Positions 15,750-16,629 of a DNA stretch of 16,629 bases are shown piece after piece (position 1 is the first letter of the stretch; each line of letters starts with the position of its first letter). Source of the DNA: Pseudobdellovibrionaceae bacterium (GTDB lineage Bacteria > Bdellovibrionota > Bdellovibrionia > Bdellovibrionales > Bdellovibrionaceae); NCBI GenBank assembly GCA_041288045.1, contig JBGGMM010000074.1, forward strand, positions 1 to 16,629, in the 5' to 3' direction. The position numbers and the translations under genes were made by a program. The notes beneath the pieces were generated by a model. It saw nothing but the letters and a program-made list of their open reading frames with translations, was not told where the DNA came from and searched no databases.

Positions 15750-16629
15750 GGCGACCCCTTTTGCAAATAGGGCTCAAGTGATTGTGCCACTCTCTCTGTC
15801 GCCCCTTTTTCTCCCAGCTGCGATCGAACCGCTTTGAGATCTGTTCGAACCTTTTCCGTATAAGATGGATCATCCAAGTACTTTTTCATGAGAGCGTAAA
15901 GCTCATCAGGATTGGCTCCATCCTGCCAGCGCTCAGGCACCACTTCGCGGCCGAATATCAAATTCACCAAAGTGAAAAAGCGAACTCCACGAACCAAAAC
16001 TTTAGCTGCAAGTCCGGTGAGCCATTTCATTTTGTACATAACCACCATGGGTTTTTCCAAGAGGGCCACCATCAAAGTCGCAGTCCCGGAGGCCGCCAAA
16101 ATGTAATCGGCCAGATGAATCATTTCAAATGGATCCGCTTTTAAAAGCATGAAAGGAAAACGAATGTCTTCGAGCTGAGCCTGCAGTTTTTCTTTGTCGA
16201 CTGTCGGAGCACACATCAAGAGAATACGGATTTTCGGATAATTTTTGTAAAGCCGTTTGGCCACTTCAAATTGAATCATCAGATGCTGACGAATTTCGAT
16301 TCTTCGACTGCCGGGCATCAAACCAATGACGATCTCATCGTCTTGAATCCCACAGCGGCGACGATGCAACAGCCGGTGCTCATCATCCCAATATTTGGGA
16401 TCCAGCTCATCTAAAAGCGGATGTCCTACAAATTGGGCCGAGACCCCTTTTTCTTCAAAAAAAGAAACTTCAAATGGAAAAAGCACAAAGACCTGATCAC
16501 AAAATTTTTTAATTGTTTGAACCCGGCCTTTGCGCCAAGCCCAAACCTGAGGAGTGATGTAATACACCACGGGAATCCCCATTTTTTTGAGTTTCTTTGC
16601 CAGCATCAAATTGAAATCAGGATAATCCA
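15746..16629 (-). CDS. lpxB: Lipid-A-disaccharide synthase; 5' end beyond window
   Basis: The frame stays open to the window edge: DYPDFNLMLAKKLK, YYITPQVWAWR, LFPFE, FVGHPLLD, LMPGSRRIE, ASGTATL, PMVVMYK. Confidence 0.95.
   Translation of the reverse strand, partial: DYPDFNLMLAKKLKKMGIPVVYYITPQVWAWRKGRVQTIKKFCDQVFVLFPFEVSFFEEKGVSAQFVGHPLLDELDPKYWDDEHRLLHRRRCGIQDDEIVIGLMPGSRRIEIRQHLMIQFEVAKRLYKNYPKIRILLMCAPTVDKEKLQAQLEDIRFPFMLLKADPFEMIHLADYILAASGTATLMVALLEKPMVVMYKMKWLTGLAAKVLVRGVRFFTLVNLIFGREVVPERWQDGANPDELYALMKKYLDDPSYTEKVRTDLKAVRSQLGEKGATERVAQSLEPYLQKGSP

Noticed and set aside
178..16144. Numerous 60-190 aa ORFs in the track on opposite strands or alternate frames (e.g. 1257-1739, 4671-5240, 6002-6502, 9848-10333, 13618-14046)
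   Set aside because: They lie within or antisense to well-supported genes and have no recognisable motifs, so they are treated as shadow ORFs.

Overview
Gene-dense chromosomal window, probably from a Bdellovibrionota/deltaproteobacterial-type genome (inferred from gene order and content, not verified). Minus strand, left: ribF, a degenerate AroE-like gene, then the type IVa pilus cluster pilB, pilT-like, pilC, pilS (truncated by the window edge). Plus strand, middle: a divergently transcribed CHASE2-type sensor histidine kinase and a sigma54-dependent response regulator. Minus strand, right: a lipid A/LPS operon, lpxB (partial), lpxK, lpxL-like acyltransferase, DUF3108-like lipoprotein and two GT9 heptosyltransferase-like genes. 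No RNA genes, mobile elements or CRISPR arrays were seen. The main observation is three intact, full-length ORFs that appear to have lost catalytic residues (PilT-like, AroE-like, and one GT9 with a catalytic Asp-to-Ala change plus an extra 4-Cys N-terminal motif), so they are candidate pseudoenzymes. Also noted are a Lys-variant MshEN c-di-GMP motif in PilB and two candidate leaderless promoters, one with a hairpin that could sequester the start codon. All family calls come from motif recognition by eye; no searches were run.
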